A stretch of DNA of 64,000 bases from Diplonema japonicum (taxonomy: Eukaryota > Protista > Euglenozoa: Diplonemea). Positions 1 through 11,925 of this stretch are shown piece by piece; the stretch's first letter is position 1; every line of letters begins with the position of its first letter. The notes beneath the pieces are model-generated. The model did no database searches. It worked only from the letters and a program-made list of their open reading frames with translations, and was not told where the DNA came from. The stretch lies in assembly GCA_964019335.1 (NCBI GenBank), contig OZ025705.1:1-64000 (forward strand), read 5' to 3'. A program made the translations under genes and the position numbers.

Positions 1-288
1 ATAAATCTTAAGAGAAAATAAAAATATTCCAAAACAGACGGGACAAGCAAAAATTCCACAGGTTCCAACCCCCAATACCTTGAATTTTCTTCGATCCGTA
101 CTCTACCCGTTTATACCCGTGCTTCGCATTGTGTTGTACTGCATTGTTTCCTTTGCTTCGCGTTGCGTTGACTCCCGTTCGTCAACTCCGCTCATCTTGT
201 CCTATGTGGGTGTTTGAAGAGAAGACCATCGATATCAAAATAAAAGTCGAACAAATCACGCCCTCACTTGGATAGGTGGAGGTCTTGA

Positions 289-2595
289 TCAAATCGAGGG
301 TTTATCTTTCTGTTGCCACTTTGACTTCCGGTTAGTCATTATGTGGGGGGTGCAATCCTGAGGAAGGGGGTCCGTCTTCTTGATGATTTGCGAACTCCTG
401 TCTTCAAGGGACACTAAAGCAGACCGAACAAAGTCGCCTTCGAGGAGGCCCGAGTTGCTCATAACTTTGAACAAGTCCAGGGCTGTGGACCCTGGTGTAA
501 GGTGAAACGAGTGGTACAAGGGTTTCCCTCCATAAGAACCGAGGGTGCTAGGATCGCACACTGGAAAGACTCTCGTTGCAGGGCGAAGAGTGATGGAGGT
601 ACTCATCACCTTCGTGACCCCAGTCGTACCATCATGTGATTCCAGGTATTCGCGCACATGAGGAGGCAGCTCGCCTTCTGGCACGCTCCCTACTTTGTAC
701 ACCAACTCCCCGGCATCACGTAGCTTCAGCATCTGTGTTTCTATGTCCGCAGAGAGCTCCATGATGGCTTCGTTCGGCAGCTGTGAACGAACGAACTGCA
801 CGTTCTCCTTGGCAGAAGGCAGGTCGCACTTGTTCATGGCAACGACGACAGGGAACCTGATCCTGATGAATGCTGCCACAAGAAGATGTAGCTTCAGCGG
901 CCCCCACGAGTGCAGTGTCTCCATCTCCAAGCTTGTGATGCCTGCCTTCTTGGCTGCGAGCCTAACCATGTTCTCGGTCGCGTGGTATCCAGTAAACATG
1001 ATAGGAAGCCGCTGCGGCTTTTTCTTCAGTGCCACCCACTTCCTAGAGACGTTGGTGTATATCCATTGATGGATTTCACGCCTCACCCACCTCACCTCCT
1101 CAAGCACGTCGTCGGAATTGGATTTCTCCTTGCTCTCACCCTCCGAGTTCGTCAGCCCTGAGGCATCTACAACGTGGATCAGAACATCTGCGTCGTTTAG
1201 GTCGTCCAAAAACTTGTTCCCCTTGCCCCTACCCTGGTAGGCACCCGGCACAAGCCCCGCTACATCCCGCACCTTCACAGGAACAAAGCGCGACCCGTCG
1301 GCGGCGTGCCCGTGTTCTGCAGCACACTCCACGTCGGCCTTCTGGCAAATGCAGGGAATGGGACACAAGGCATCTCCCGTGTTGGGTTCTATTGTTGTAA
1401 AAGGAAAAGCTGCAACACGAGCTGCGGTAGCGTCACCTGTAGCTGCATTAAACAGTGTGCTCTTCCCAGCGGAGGGCTTACCCACAAGACCGATAACATA
1501 CTTCCACCTGCCTCCCTTGCCCCACGCGTCCGCCCAGTCGTCTTCTGTCAGGTTCATCGACTGGATAGCTTCAGTGGCATTTCTCGCATTTTCGTGTTTC
1601 TCCTCTTCTGTTTCTGCCTCCACACCCAAATTAACTTCGCCTGCAGCTTCCTTGCTGTCTTGTTCGCAGCTGATCTCGCCAATGGCCTCTTTCACCTTTT
1701 CCACAAGCGTGTACAACATGGGGCATCCTGCGTTCATCTCTGCCTCCTCCTGCACGCTGTCACGGAATCGTGCGTACCAAATTGCTTTCACCAGCCACCC
1801 AGGGGTGCCCTTCACCTCCTCATATGTGAAGATGGGAGGCTCCTCTGGGTAGCTTCGCGTGAGCTGCATAGTTGTCCGAATTTTGCAACCTTGCAGTTTC
1901 CCATCTTCAATCGTGTGTACGTGCGAGAAGATCGGTTCCCCCTCCTTCCATTCCACTTCTTCTTGGAACACGTCACAGAGCCCTTGTATCTCCTCTGCCA
2001 CATCCTCGTTCAGCGCGACCTGCGGAAGGTTGCTTCGTAAAAAAGACATAATGGCATCCACACAGACTACACCCTGCGGCACAATGTGACCTGCGTCATG
2101 TTCTATGAAGACGGAGTTGTTGAACTTTCCAGCAAGTCTTTTAGATGCCTCAAGTGGGACGAGGGTGTCTGTCTTCCCCGCAAAGTGAAGGGTAGGAACA
2201 TCTGAGCCCTGTTTTGCGCATCTTCCTGACCACTCGCTGTCGGTGACCATGCCGCCTGCAAGGATGCCAAACTTGATGTCAGGGAGGCCTGCATCTTTGA
2301 GGAGGGCGGCTGTGAGGGCGGCGCCTTGTGAAAAACCAAGGACACCGACGCACGTGGAGGCCTCACGTAGGGACTTGACGTGCAGCACCGCAGCAGCCAT
2401 TCCGCTTGCATCACCGTCCTCCCACCAGGTGCGCATGGCGACATCTTCGCCCTCCTGCTTGGCCATGGCCACAGGCGCGTCCACAAACAGCAGCTCCACA
2501 TCTGCTAGCTTCTTCTTTAATTGCTGCAGCCGCTGGCTGAATATCTCCGCATCCTGATGCGTACCATGTAAGCATAGTATTCTTGGCTGGCTCAT
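289..2595 (-). CDS. FSH1/OVCA2-type serine hydrolase + RWD domain + Obg-family (YGR210C/archaeal YchF-like) GTPase fusion
   Basis: N-term ILCLHG..Q, GVLGFSQGA (nucleophile elbow), G.TD and HDAGH (FSH1 triad). Middle EEIQGL...YPEEPP...G.PMLYTLVE (RWD). C-term GKPSAGKS, FPFTTIEPN, DVAGL, GKGNKFLDDL, NKCD (Obg GTPase G1-G4). Confidence 0.85.
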   Translation of the reverse strand: MSQPRILCLHGTHQDAEIFSQRLQQLKKKLADVELLFVDAPVAMAKQEGEDVAMRTWWEDGDASGMAAAVLHVKSLREASTCVGVLGFSQGAALTAALLKDAGLPDIKFGILAGGMVTDSEWSGRCAKQGSDVPTLHFAGKTDTLVPLEASKRLAGKFNNSVFIEHDAGHIVPQGVVCVDAIMSFLRSNLPQVALNEDVAEEIQGLCDVFQEEVEWKEGEPIFSHVHTIEDGKLQGCKIRTTMQLTRSYPEEPPIFTYEEVKGTPGWLVKAIWYARFRDSVQEEAEMNAGCPMLYTLVEKVKEAIGEISCEQDSKEAAGEVNLGVEAETEEEKHENARNATEAIQSMNLTEDDWADAWGKGGRWKYVIGLVGKPSAGKSTLFNAATGDATAARVAAFPFTTIEPNTGDALCPIPCICQKADVECAAEHGHAADGSRFVPVKVRDVAGLVPGAYQGRGKGNKFLDDLNDADVLIHVVDASGLTNSEGESKEKSNSDDVLEEVRWVRREIHQWIYTNVSRKWVALKKKPQRLPIMFTGYHATENMVRLAAKKAGITSLEMETLHSWGPLKLHLLVAAFIRIRFPVVVAMNKCDLPSAKENVQFVRSQLPNEAIMELSADIETQMLKLRDAGELVYKVGSVPEGELPPHVREYLESHDGTTGVTKVMSTSITLRPATRVFPVCDPSTLGSYGGKPLYHSFHLTPGSTALDLFKVMSNSGLLEGDFVRSALVSLEDRSSQIIKKTDPLPQDCTPHIMTNRKSKWQQKDKPSI

Positions 2596-5500
2596 TTGCT
2601 GCTCCTGTGTTTAATCATGCAAAGAAGCCCAGGTAACAAAAGAATGCAACAGAATAGTGGAAGGGTCTGCGGTTCGCATTAAAGTGCTTATAGGACACTA
2701 GAGGAGGGGGAGGTAAGGGGATGAGGGTCGAAGGGGAAAGGTCGGTGGTTACGATGCAAAATAAGAAAAAAAAACCATGAAAGGGGAAATAAAACGGGAG
2801 GGAGAGAGAAATAAAAAAAAGGGAGGGATTCCGGGGGGGGGGGGGGGGGGGGGGGGGTAGGGAATGGGGAATAATAATTTTTCCTTTTTTTCTTTTTGTT
2901 TTTCTTTCTTAATAATATCCCACACCATCGGGCGGGGAATTGCTATTTTTTTTTGTTTCCCCTTTCTTCTGTTCGATAAATAAATATAAATTAAAATAAA
3001 AAAAAACGTAGCTTTGTAAGAACCAAACCTAACCACCATACCTGTTTAGACGTGTTTAGTCTTTTTTTAATTTAATTTTTCCTGTTCCTTCAACCTGCTA
3101 CTTTTTTCAGCCTAAAACACCCATTTAATATTTCTTTTTTCTTCTTCTTCTTTGTAGAATAAAGGAATCAAAGCAACAGAAAGACTGGGGCAATCGTAGT
3201 ACCTTTCTGGCTTAAGCATATGAGGAGGGTGATAAAAAAAAAAAACACCACCCTCCTTTCCTTTCACATTTTTTCTTTTCTCTCTTTTGAAAAGCAAACG
3301 CGCTTTTTTTTTTTTTTTTTCTGTCCCTTCTTTTTTTTTTTTTTTTTTTTTTTTTTTGGTGCCTTTTTTTTTTCTCTTCGTTCCTTCTTTTTCTCATTGT
3401 GGTTTTTCCTTTTTCCTCTCTTTTTTGCATATTTTCTTTTGTCCCTCTTGTTTACTTGCCCAGGCAAGTTGGCCTTTAAACATCACATGACAATGTGTGG
3501 GGGGTCAGCCCAAAGAGCAAATGCCGTAGAGGCATAGACTACCAACCATTCAAGGGGAAACAAGGAGAAAAAAAAATGATGGAAAAAAAAAAAAAAAGAA
3601 AAGCGTAGAATGAACAAAAAGGGGAAGTGAAACGGGTAAGTGGGTATGAGAGGAGAGAGAAAAAAAGGAAATAAATGAAAGGAACAGGAGAAATAAAAAG
3701 GCAACCAAGAAAAAAAAAAGGGAGGGGAAGACATAGGGGAGGAAAGGGAGAAAAAGAATAAAAAAAAGAGGAAGATGGGTGGAGGAAGGAGGGAAGGGAG
3801 GACATAGAATAAAGAAAGGGGGGGAAAAAAAGGATCGATCTTCCTGTTTCGAGAAGAAAGCCCTTTGTTTCCTCTCCTTTCTTTTTTTTTTTTTTTTTTT
3901 TTTTTCGCGACTGAGTTTGCCTTTGAGACTACTGCGGTGGCCAAACCAATTGGTGAAAGAAGACGGGGAAAAAGAAAAAGAAAAAAGAAGAAGGGACAAT
4001 TTGTATGTTTTTTTTTTTTTTTGTTTTCTCTTGTTTTCTCTTGTTTTTTTTTTTTTTTTTTTTTTTTTCCCGCCCTCCAAAAAATTAATTTTTAATTTTC
4101 CTGTTTCTTTCTTTTTTTGTTTCCTTTTTTCCCCTCTTTTTTTTTTTTCTTTGTTCCTTCTTCCTTTTCTCATCACCTTTTTGGGTTTCTGCTCTTGGCC
4201 ACACGCATGCTGAAGGATCTCGAAGGCCCACTTCGTCTTAACATAACTTTCCTGTTTAAAATAAAAAACTAACACAAGAAAAAAAGAAAAAAAAACGTCA
4301 CCAAAAGGGCTGCCGGCCCATTTTTTTCAGTGAAAATGTCGCGGCAGGTGCACCCCTCTCGGGAGGTCAGGGATGAAAAGTAAAAAAATTGAACAAAAAT
4401 AAGTCAATGGCGGAAGAATGGTAAAAATCGGGGAAATAGGGGGTAGTGATATGGGGAAATAAAAAAAAAAAAAAAAAAGAAAGACAGAACACTCCTCCCC
4501 ACTTGCTGTATTAAGCAAGAAGGAAAGGCGGTTCATTTTCTTTTTTTTTTTCCTCGTCTAAACTGATAGAACACAAGCTTCTCATTATTTTTCTTTCTTT
4601 TTCTTTTTTTTTAAAAAGAAAAACTCTTCTTTTTTAAGTGATGTACCACCACACAGGTATAAACTACCATATGCTGTGCGTGACAACACTTGTTTCTTGT
4701 TGAAATTATGATGGTCTGAAGTAGAATAAGGAAAAGATTGGGTGCAAACTCATTTCCTGTGTTATTATTATTATTTTTTTTTTTTTTTTTTTTTGGAGTT
4801 AATGTTACAAACCACCTGGGACCTTGGAGAATAAATAGGGGAGGGGACCGTGAGTGTGAGAAAAAAAAAAGAAAAAAAATAAAACCAATTTGAAATAAAA
4901 AAATAAAATAAAAAGGGAAACGCAAAAAAGGAAAAAAGAAGGGAGAAAAAAAAAAAGAAACCTGCTCTTTATGTTAGCCCCGCCTTCCCTCCTTGGAATG
5001 CGGCTTTTAATTTGTATGGGTAAGTAAAAGGAAAGCAAAGGGGAAAAGGAAAAATGTGGGGTAAACTTTACTAGAGAGGGGGTAGGGAGTTTTTTGTTTT
5101 TTTCAAATAAAAGAGTGGAGGGGGGGAGAAAAAAAAAGCAAGGATCTTAATGAAAAGACGGCACCAACAGTGCGAAGACGCCCGCACCCCGATTACCCCC
5201 TACTACCCTCTCTGTACACATTGTGTTTCCATGTGAAATTTAAAAAAAAAAGGGGGGGACTTCATTCACCTTATTCATCTTTTTAATAAAACTCTCAATT
5301 AAAAAAAATAAAATAAAAAAAACGTTACTAGTCTGAGCCGTTTCTGTCGGTATTAGCGATTATTTTCTGATTTGCTTTTTTTTTTCTTCTTCCTTCGTTC
5401 CTACCCCAATGCTACTGAAAGAGGGGAGGGCGGACTCAGTTTCTTTTTTTTTTTTTTTTTTTTTTTTATTCTCAAAAAACAAAAACAAAAGTAAAAGAAA

Positions 5501-6885
5501 ACGCAACTCATCACCTATAGAGGAAAAAAAGGGGGAGCGACTGAAAGGTTACGTTGAGTAGAAGGGAACCTTTTAAATTCCCTTCTTAAACTATACTTGT
5601 GACACCATGGGTAAGAACATTCGGGCTCTTTAGGTAGTAACGGGAAAGGGGGGAAAACCTTGTAAAACAAAGAAGCCCAGTGCCAGCCACCGTTTAGAGG
5701 ACTATATATCCAAAGTAAAAGGGGGTTTAAAGAACAAAAAAAAAAGAAAAACGAGAGAATATAAAAAAAAAGATAAAAAAGGGAACACAGCCCGTAACAC
5801 CCCCACCCCCCCCCCTATTCTTTTCTTATCCTCCTGAGGAGAACAGAAAAAAAAGAGAGGGAAAAAAAAACGGTTCATCTGCGAAGTGAAGAAAAGACGA
5901 GGAAAAAAGGGGGGGAGGGGGAATAACCCACTTTCTTTTTATTCACGCAAATTCAAAATTTCCGTTTTTTTCCCCCCTTTTCTTTTTTTGAAAGGTCGAC
6001 ACGGTGTTCACAAAGAAATTCTGTAGCCTTCCAGAAAGGCTTTATAAGGTGAAAAAAATATAATGAAAATAAAGAGGGACGATAGCAACAAAAATGGGGG
6101 AGGGAGGGGGGAAGGAGCAAAAGAAAGAAAAAGATAAAAATAAGACACTAAAATAAAAAAGTTTCCTTCTTTTTTTTCCCCCCTTTAAAAAAAAAATCAA
6201 TAAATCCAGCCTTTTCTTCCCTCTATTTCTGCCTCTGCCCCGCTCTTCCACAAACGAGGCAGAGTCAGTTGTACCGCTTGGATAAAAAAAAACGTGAAGA
6301 ATGGGCAAAGGGAATAAAAGAAAAAGAGAAGATTCATGTTCAATGTTCTTTTTCGGGTGGAGAGGGGAGGGGGAGGACAAAAAGGGGAAAAATCAGGAGG
6401 AGGGGAATACATAAAAAAAGAAAAGGAAAATAAAATTTGACACCATTTTTTTTTTTTCTTTTTTAAATCTCTCTCAGCTTCCGCGGCACTTGATGACAAA
6501 AAAATGACGTACTCAGGTTCAGCAACTAAAAAAAAAAAAAAAAAAGGCGTCATAACACAATAAAACACAAGAGGACGAAAAAGCAGCACCATATTTAAGG
6601 GAGAAAAAGGAGGAAAAAAAATAAAAAATTCTTGTTCAACAAATACACGAAAAAAAAAAAAGCTGCCCATCCCTTAGTGACCCGTTGTACCCTTTATATA
6701 GTCATGTCGGCAAAAAGGATGTTCAATAAAAACAAAAGAAAAAAAGCGAGTGTCAGGTTTCCTTTTTTTTCTTTTTTTTTCCCTAATCCCAGCTATATTG
6801 GGGGAAGAGGGAAAGAAGAAAAAAATTGACACAGAAAAAAAAGAAGAAGAAAAAAAAGAAAACCCCTGTATCACAATAGGACAAC

Positions 6886-8163
6886 TCAGCTCAGCATGCA
6901 TTTGAAGTCTTCGGTGAAAGTGGCGACAGAGCTGCGAAGCCTCGGGCACAAGAACGGTCCCAGGGAGTGCAGTTCATCGAAGGCGTTTTGGAAGGCAGGG
7001 GAGGCAAGTTTGGAGAGGCGTGTGTGCCTCACCAGAGTGAGGATGTGGTCCACAGACACTGGTGATGCGTCCCCCTCATCTATACTCTTCTTTGCCACCT
7101 GCAGCAACTTTGCAACGCATGTGTACAACGTCTGCGTCCCGAGGACTGTGTTCGAGTGCAGTGTCGCTACAAATGTCATGAGCGATGTGTCCAAGGCCCG
7201 CCCTTCCGTCCCTGCCCCAGCAGACGCCAGCATCTTCTGGAACTCCTGCTGACACCGCTTCAGCAGTAGCTTCCTGAAGGGCGACTCCACAATCCCTTGC
7301 CCCTCCGCCGTGAACCCGCTCATGTCCAAACACAGCCTGCTGTACTGCTCTATGAAACAGCTCCCGAAACCCACCTTCTCCACCACAGCATCGACCAGCT
7401 CCCCTACAGTCACCTCACCACCGCACAGCATGCGCTGTATGCGCGCCAGGCTCTCCTGGTACCTCGGGCCCGTCATCCTCCCTAGCAGTCCATGCACCAT
7501 GTCCACAGGCGCCTCCTCGATCCGACTGTGCGTGTCAAGCGAGCTAAGCGCAGAGGAAGGAGTGCTCGAAGGGGTGTAAGAGGACACGCTGGAGCCGTCC
7601 TTCCCGAGGCAGGGGCATAGCGTCATGCCTGGGGACACAAGCTTCTTGCAACGTGTGCACTTCCCATTCGTGATGCCCTTCCTGTGGTTCGACTTCATCT
7701 TCGGCACAGACAGGTTCCCCCCTTCTGCCCCAGTCAAGTACGGTAGACTAGGCAGCGGTGTCGACGAGTACCCCCACACAGCAAGGTCCACGCTGCAAAC
7801 ACCCACAGGGAGCTTCTTCTCAGTAGGTGCGTGGGTGGAGAGCACCTCAACTTCTTCATCGGTGTCCACAGGCGGGGAGGCCGGGGGGGAGGGGGGTGGC
7901 GAGGGGCTGGCCTCGATGACAGCTGTCACAGGCATCTGGGATACGGCAGGCATATTCACCATTTGTTGCATAGCCTGACACCTTCCGTTGCAGCCATAGG
8001 GCGAGCAAGTGTAATAAGTGCACACGTGATTGGGTGCGCTTTTATAGTGACACCCGCATCCACCGCCTACACCTCCAGTTGCTTGCATGTTTACACCGTA
8101 ACCATACGTTGTCTGAGCGAAAGGTGCCTGAACTGGCACCTGAGGAATCCCTTGTGTATACAT
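6886..8163 (-). CDS. MIF4G-domain protein (eIF4G-like) with low-complexity, Cys-rich N-terminus
   Basis: C-terminal 'F..QYSRLCLD...SPFRKLLLKRCQQEF...FVATL' and terminal 'PRLR' match the eIF4G MIF4G HEAT fold. Confidence 0.65.
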   Translation of the reverse strand: MYTQGIPQVPVQAPFAQTTYGYGVNMQATGGVGGGCGCHYKSAPNHVCTYYTCSPYGCNGRCQAMQQMVNMPAVSQMPVTAVIEASPSPPPSPPASPPVDTDEEVEVLSTHAPTEKKLPVGVCSVDLAVWGYSSTPLPSLPYLTGAEGGNLSVPKMKSNHRKGITNGKCTRCKKLVSPGMTLCPCLGKDGSSVSSYTPSSTPSSALSSLDTHSRIEEAPVDMVHGLLGRMTGPRYQESLARIQRMLCGGEVTVGELVDAVVEKVGFGSCFIEQYSRLCLDMSGFTAEGQGIVESPFRKLLLKRCQQEFQKMLASAGAGTEGRALDTSLMTFVATLHSNTVLGTQTLYTCVAKLLQVAKKSIDEGDASPVSVDHILTLVRHTRLSKLASPAFQNAFDELHSLGPFLCPRLRSSVATFTEDFKCMLS

Positions 8164-8305
8164 AATAAGGGGTGTTTTTGTTTGTCCCCTGTGGTGGTGC
8201 TACGAAACGAAAACTAAGGGATAAAAAATATACAAAAACGGCGCTACTAAATATGAAAAAATGAAGAAAACACGCATTATCACAAGTAGGGGTGGAAACC
8301 CCTCT

Positions 8306-8965
8306 TTACTCTAAGCTGTCTATGTCGTCATCGTCGAGGTGTGAACCGAAGAGCGGCTCTCTGTCTCGTGACGGCATGTTGCTATCCTCGTAGCCGGGGT
8401 ACATGCCGAGCATCTTCCTGAAGTCGCTGATGTTAATCTTCCCGTCTTTGTCACTGTCAGAGGTCTGAATAAGTACATCGAGATCCTCGTCAGTCATGTC
8501 TTTGTAACCGATTTGTGTCATGATGTTCCGCAACACCATGGGGTCTAGGAAGCCAGTGTCTTCCGGGTCGTACACGCGAAAGGCATCAGCAGCAGGGTCC
8601 GTGTCTTTGAGGTACGATATGTTGTCCTGTATGAGCCCCCACAAGGTGTCGATCGTGAAGTTGTTCTCTTGTATCAGCATCTTGTACTCTTTCGTGGTGA
8701 AATTGGGGAAGAAAATCTCCAACTTTGCCTTGAGGTCTTTTTGTTTCAAAACCCCTTTCCCCTCATCGTCAAGGAATTTAAAGGCAAGCTCTACATCCTC
8801 TCTGCTTATCTTCATCATCTCACCACCTACCACTGCTTTAGCGAAAACACCACCCTTGTTGCTCTCACTCATTCTTGACCTTTTCTTCTCCCCAAACTTT
8901 GGGGAGCTGCATCGCAGGTCCCCCGGCCGTATCCTGCCAGGGGACGCGCCTTCCGACATTGCCAT
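8306..8965 (-). CDS. Calmodulin/centrin-like EF-hand protein
   Basis: EF loops DDEGKGVL, DPEDTGFLD, DSDKDGKINISDF. Start chosen at the ATG at 8965, downstream of CACAG. Confidence 0.8.
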   Translation of the reverse strand: MAMSEGASPGRIRPGDLRCSSPKFGEKKRSRMSESNKGGVFAKAVVGGEMMKISREDVELAFKFLDDEGKGVLKQKDLKAKLEIFFPNFTTKEYKMLIQENNFTIDTLWGLIQDNISYLKDTDPAADAFRVYDPEDTGFLDPMVLRNIMTQIGYKDMTDEDLDVLIQTSDSDKDGKINISDFRKMLGMYPGYEDSNMPSRDREPLFGSHLDDDDIDSLE

Positions 8966-9528
8966 ACTTAAGGCGAAGCGATTGTGGGAGGTTACGAAAA
9001 ACAAAAGGTTCCTGTGTGGATCAAAGGAGGGGTTTGCTGGAGTCTATAAAAAAGAAAAAACCGAAATAATGAAAACAAACGTGGTAAAAAAGAAAAAATT
9101 GGGGTGAAAAAAAACGGAAACTGTCGTGCAACAAAGCACTTGCAAAGGAACAAATGAAGGAAGCAGAATATAAAAAAAAGGGGGAAAGACAAAAAAAGAA
9201 TTTCGGAGTCCCGAGAGCTTCCTGTTTCTTTTTTGGCATCCCCTTAAGAAACGTCTCAAATCTTCCCGTACCAAACGCTTATCGGAGAAAGTACCAATTC
9301 GAAGCAACCAATTCCCCGAAAAGGAGCATCAGGAAGCACGGAGGGCTGTTTCGACCGAAATTTGACACGTTGAAAAAGTGAAAGTGAAGGAAAGATGGGG
9401 AAAAGAAAAAAAGCGGGGAAAGACGTTGTGGGTTTATATCAATGTCCCCTAACTTGATGATGGTTCACTTCTGCGAAACGATTGGCCAAGAGAACTCGTC
9501 AGCCATGCCCATACCATCAGTGCCATAT

Positions 9529-10809
9529 TTACTGCTTCATGACAATGGTTGCGAAGAAGTTGTTGCAATCAAGAGTGACTGTGGACTTGGTGTACTCCCT
9601 CACGAAGGTGTTGGTCTTGGGCTCCGTAGCGAGGCCCAGAGGGGAGCCGTAGTCAGTGTCCATCGCCTTGGGCCTCTTCTGCTCGGGTTGCTTCTTGTCC
9701 CACTGCACACCTGCGGGCCATGACATGCCCCAGATGCCAGCACCCACGTATGCGTAAGGGCCCCTCATCAGGAGGAAGGCGGCGATGTCCTGTGTCAGCT
9801 GGGGAAGCAGGTTGGGCGACGTGCCCATGTCCAGCCCGAAGATCAAGGGAAGCTCCTGCCACTTCTGGTCCTGGATCACTCCCCTCATCATTGAGCTGCA
9901 GCTGCTGTTGCTGATCTTGACAGGCGAGGCGTTGGCGTTGGCCTGCCCGGGGATCAGCGACCACGTGAAACCCTTCGCAGCGAGCATAGCATTCTGCGCC
10001 GCCGTCATGGTCTCCAGCCAGCCCTCAGTGATCTCTTTGATATCCTGGTCTGAGAGGCCCATGTCCACTTGGCTATATTGGTTAATTTCCGATGGGCCCT
10101 GCACGGGGTCTCTGCACGAAGAGTTGACCAAGTTGCTGCACCAGTAGTCGTCGATGAAGAGACCGTCGACGTTGGGGTTGCCGACACCGTTGGCACCCAT
10201 GATATGGGTGTTCACAAGGAAGTCCCTCAGCATGGTGCCGTTCCTGTGGTCCCACAGGTACTCCCCACACGGGTTCATACCGCAGTCGCACTCATCTGTG
10301 CAGGAGCCGTCCGGGTGAGGGTCGTTGGGGGTGGGGTGCTCGGGGGTCTGCTCCTGGTCATGGTAAAAGGGGGAGCACTTCCCGGAAGTGCACTGGGGGA
10401 CGTGGTAGCTGCCGTTGGGGAAGGCACCACCAGACTTGAACTTAAGGAAGAAGCCACTGTAGGCGGGGTCGTCGAGCTTCTCCCTGACGCTGGTGAACCA
10501 GGGGAGGGCCTTGACAAGGTTCCTGTAAACGAACACGTTGGTGTTGGGGTTGACCTTCTTTGTCATTGTGGCTTGTGTCACAAGACGCTCCTCGCAGTCC
10601 ATAGGCTTGGCGTTGGCCCACTGCTTCTTGGCGTTGCTCCAGTCGTAGCTGGTGATACCGAAGGCACCACCAAGGGAAGGGTCGTACCAGCCAGACCCGT
10701 TGCAGGCCATGGTGATGGATGACATGCTCATGTTGTAGGTTGCGGGCCATCGCGGGTTCTGGTACGGCAGGAACGCCGTGGCGCAAAGCACAGAGACGAA
10801 AGACAGCAT
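9529..10809 (-). CDS. Secreted putative glycoside hydrolase (GHL15/GH168-like)
   Basis: Signal peptide MLSFVSVLCATAF; motifs VFVYRN, DGLFIDD, AAFLLMRG.YAY, DYGSPLG, VREYTKSTVTLDC. Family assignment is from motif memory. Confidence 0.5.
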   Translation of the reverse strand: MLSFVSVLCATAFLPYQNPRWPATYNMSMSSITMACNGSGWYDPSLGGAFGITSYDWSNAKKQWANAKPMDCEERLVTQATMTKKVNPNTNVFVYRNLVKALPWFTSVREKLDDPAYSGFFLKFKSGGAFPNGSYHVPQCTSGKCSPFYHDQEQTPEHPTPNDPHPDGSCTDECDCGMNPCGEYLWDHRNGTMLRDFLVNTHIMGANGVGNPNVDGLFIDDYWCSNLVNSSCRDPVQGPSEINQYSQVDMGLSDQDIKEITEGWLETMTAAQNAMLAAKGFTWSLIPGQANANASPVKISNSSCSSMMRGVIQDQKWQELPLIFGLDMGTSPNLLPQLTQDIAAFLLMRGPYAYVGAGIWGMSWPAGVQWDKKQPEQKRPKAMDTDYGSPLGLATEPKTNTFVREYTKSTVTLDCNNFFATIVMKQ

Positions 10810-11730
10810 GATGAAAGGTGTCCTGTGGGATGGTGGCATGCTGAATAATATGCAAAGAAAACACTGAAGAAGAAAAAAAAACGAACTAAGCAAAAAGAAA
10901 TTTGATGCGAAGGAGTATTAGCAACGACCCATCAAAAAAAAAAAAAGGGAACTCGAGAGGAAAGAAGCCACAACACACCAAAGATAGGAGGCGTCCTGGG
11001 CAAGGTAAAGAAAACTGATACACAAAATGAGCGGGACGTGTTTGGCATACGCCTGATGGCTGGACACCGAAATGGGTATCTAAGTATGGAGGGGGAAAAG
11101 ATTACAATTTATGTATTTATTTTATTCTTGAAGAATGAGAAATGAATAAAAATATAAAGGCAAACAAAAAACAAAAAGCCTTTGGGGAGAGGGGGAAAAA
11201 GGGAGGGGGTTCCAAAAGGAAAGGTCGAAGATAGTAAATAAACAATATGGCTGGCGCCAGGAGAATCTCTAAAGATCAACGCCCTATGTTCTGTATCTCT
11301 AATACACCCATTTTTTAATGGCCACAGGAGTGAAACCAAAAAATGGTATAGAACCTCTTGGGTGCATGAATAGAGCGCAGAGCGATAACAGCTCCAATCA
11401 ATTTGACGAGACTCTAAAAGGAGAAAGAATATGGACACACCACAAAAACCACACACACAATGGGCTAATAGCCAAAAGAACCCTTCTTTTTTTTCCCTTA
11501 CCTTCCATATTCGCTAAGTGACCTGCCCTATGTCCCAAAGGGGTTATAGGGGGCTATAGGGGAAAAAATGTCAAAAATGCTCAAAAGTTCATTGAATTTT
11601 TTTTTTTCAAAAAATCCATATGTCGGACATGAAAGAACGGTGAGTTCCAAGGAAGTTCCAAAAAAAATTTTCCAAAAAAAGTTTTTTGGGGGCCAACCAA
11701 AATGACCTTGGAAGTCGCCATTTTGAGTTT

Positions 11731-11811
11731 TGGCCATTTTTGCCAAACTTTTGCACCTGGGCACTTTTCCCTTTAAAAACCCTTGGAAAACTGGTTCGAT
11801 CCCAGAAGCCA
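11731..11811 (+). ncRNA. Highly degenerate tRNA-like unit 1 (B-box/T-arm)
   Basis: T-arm CTGG-TTCGATC-CCAG at 11791-11805; 5' TGGC can pair with 3' GCCA. No clear A-box. Confidence 0.35.
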
Positions 11812-11854
11812 GCATCTTCCTGACCAGTAGTTCAGCGGAAAATATTTTTCGAAG

Positions 11855-11925
11855 GCCAGGGTGGTCTAGTTGGGAGGGCTTTGCCCTGCACCTAGGCGAA
11901 GCGGGTTCAAACTCCACTCCGGCGG
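11855..11925 (+). ncRNA. tRNA-like Pol III cassette 2 (pseudo-tRNA)
   Basis: A-box TGGTCTAGTTGG, anticodon-like stem TTGCC/GGCGA, B-box GGTTCAAACTCC, acceptor GCCAGGG/TCCGGC, followed by a T7 run. Confidence 0.65.

Noticed and set aside
2700-6880. Many K/F-rich ORFs in intergenic DNA (also 22700-23600, 26270-27000, 47600-50160, 55500-57000)
   Set aside because: They are by-products of A/T homopolymer tracts that lack stop codons; they have no protein-like composition.
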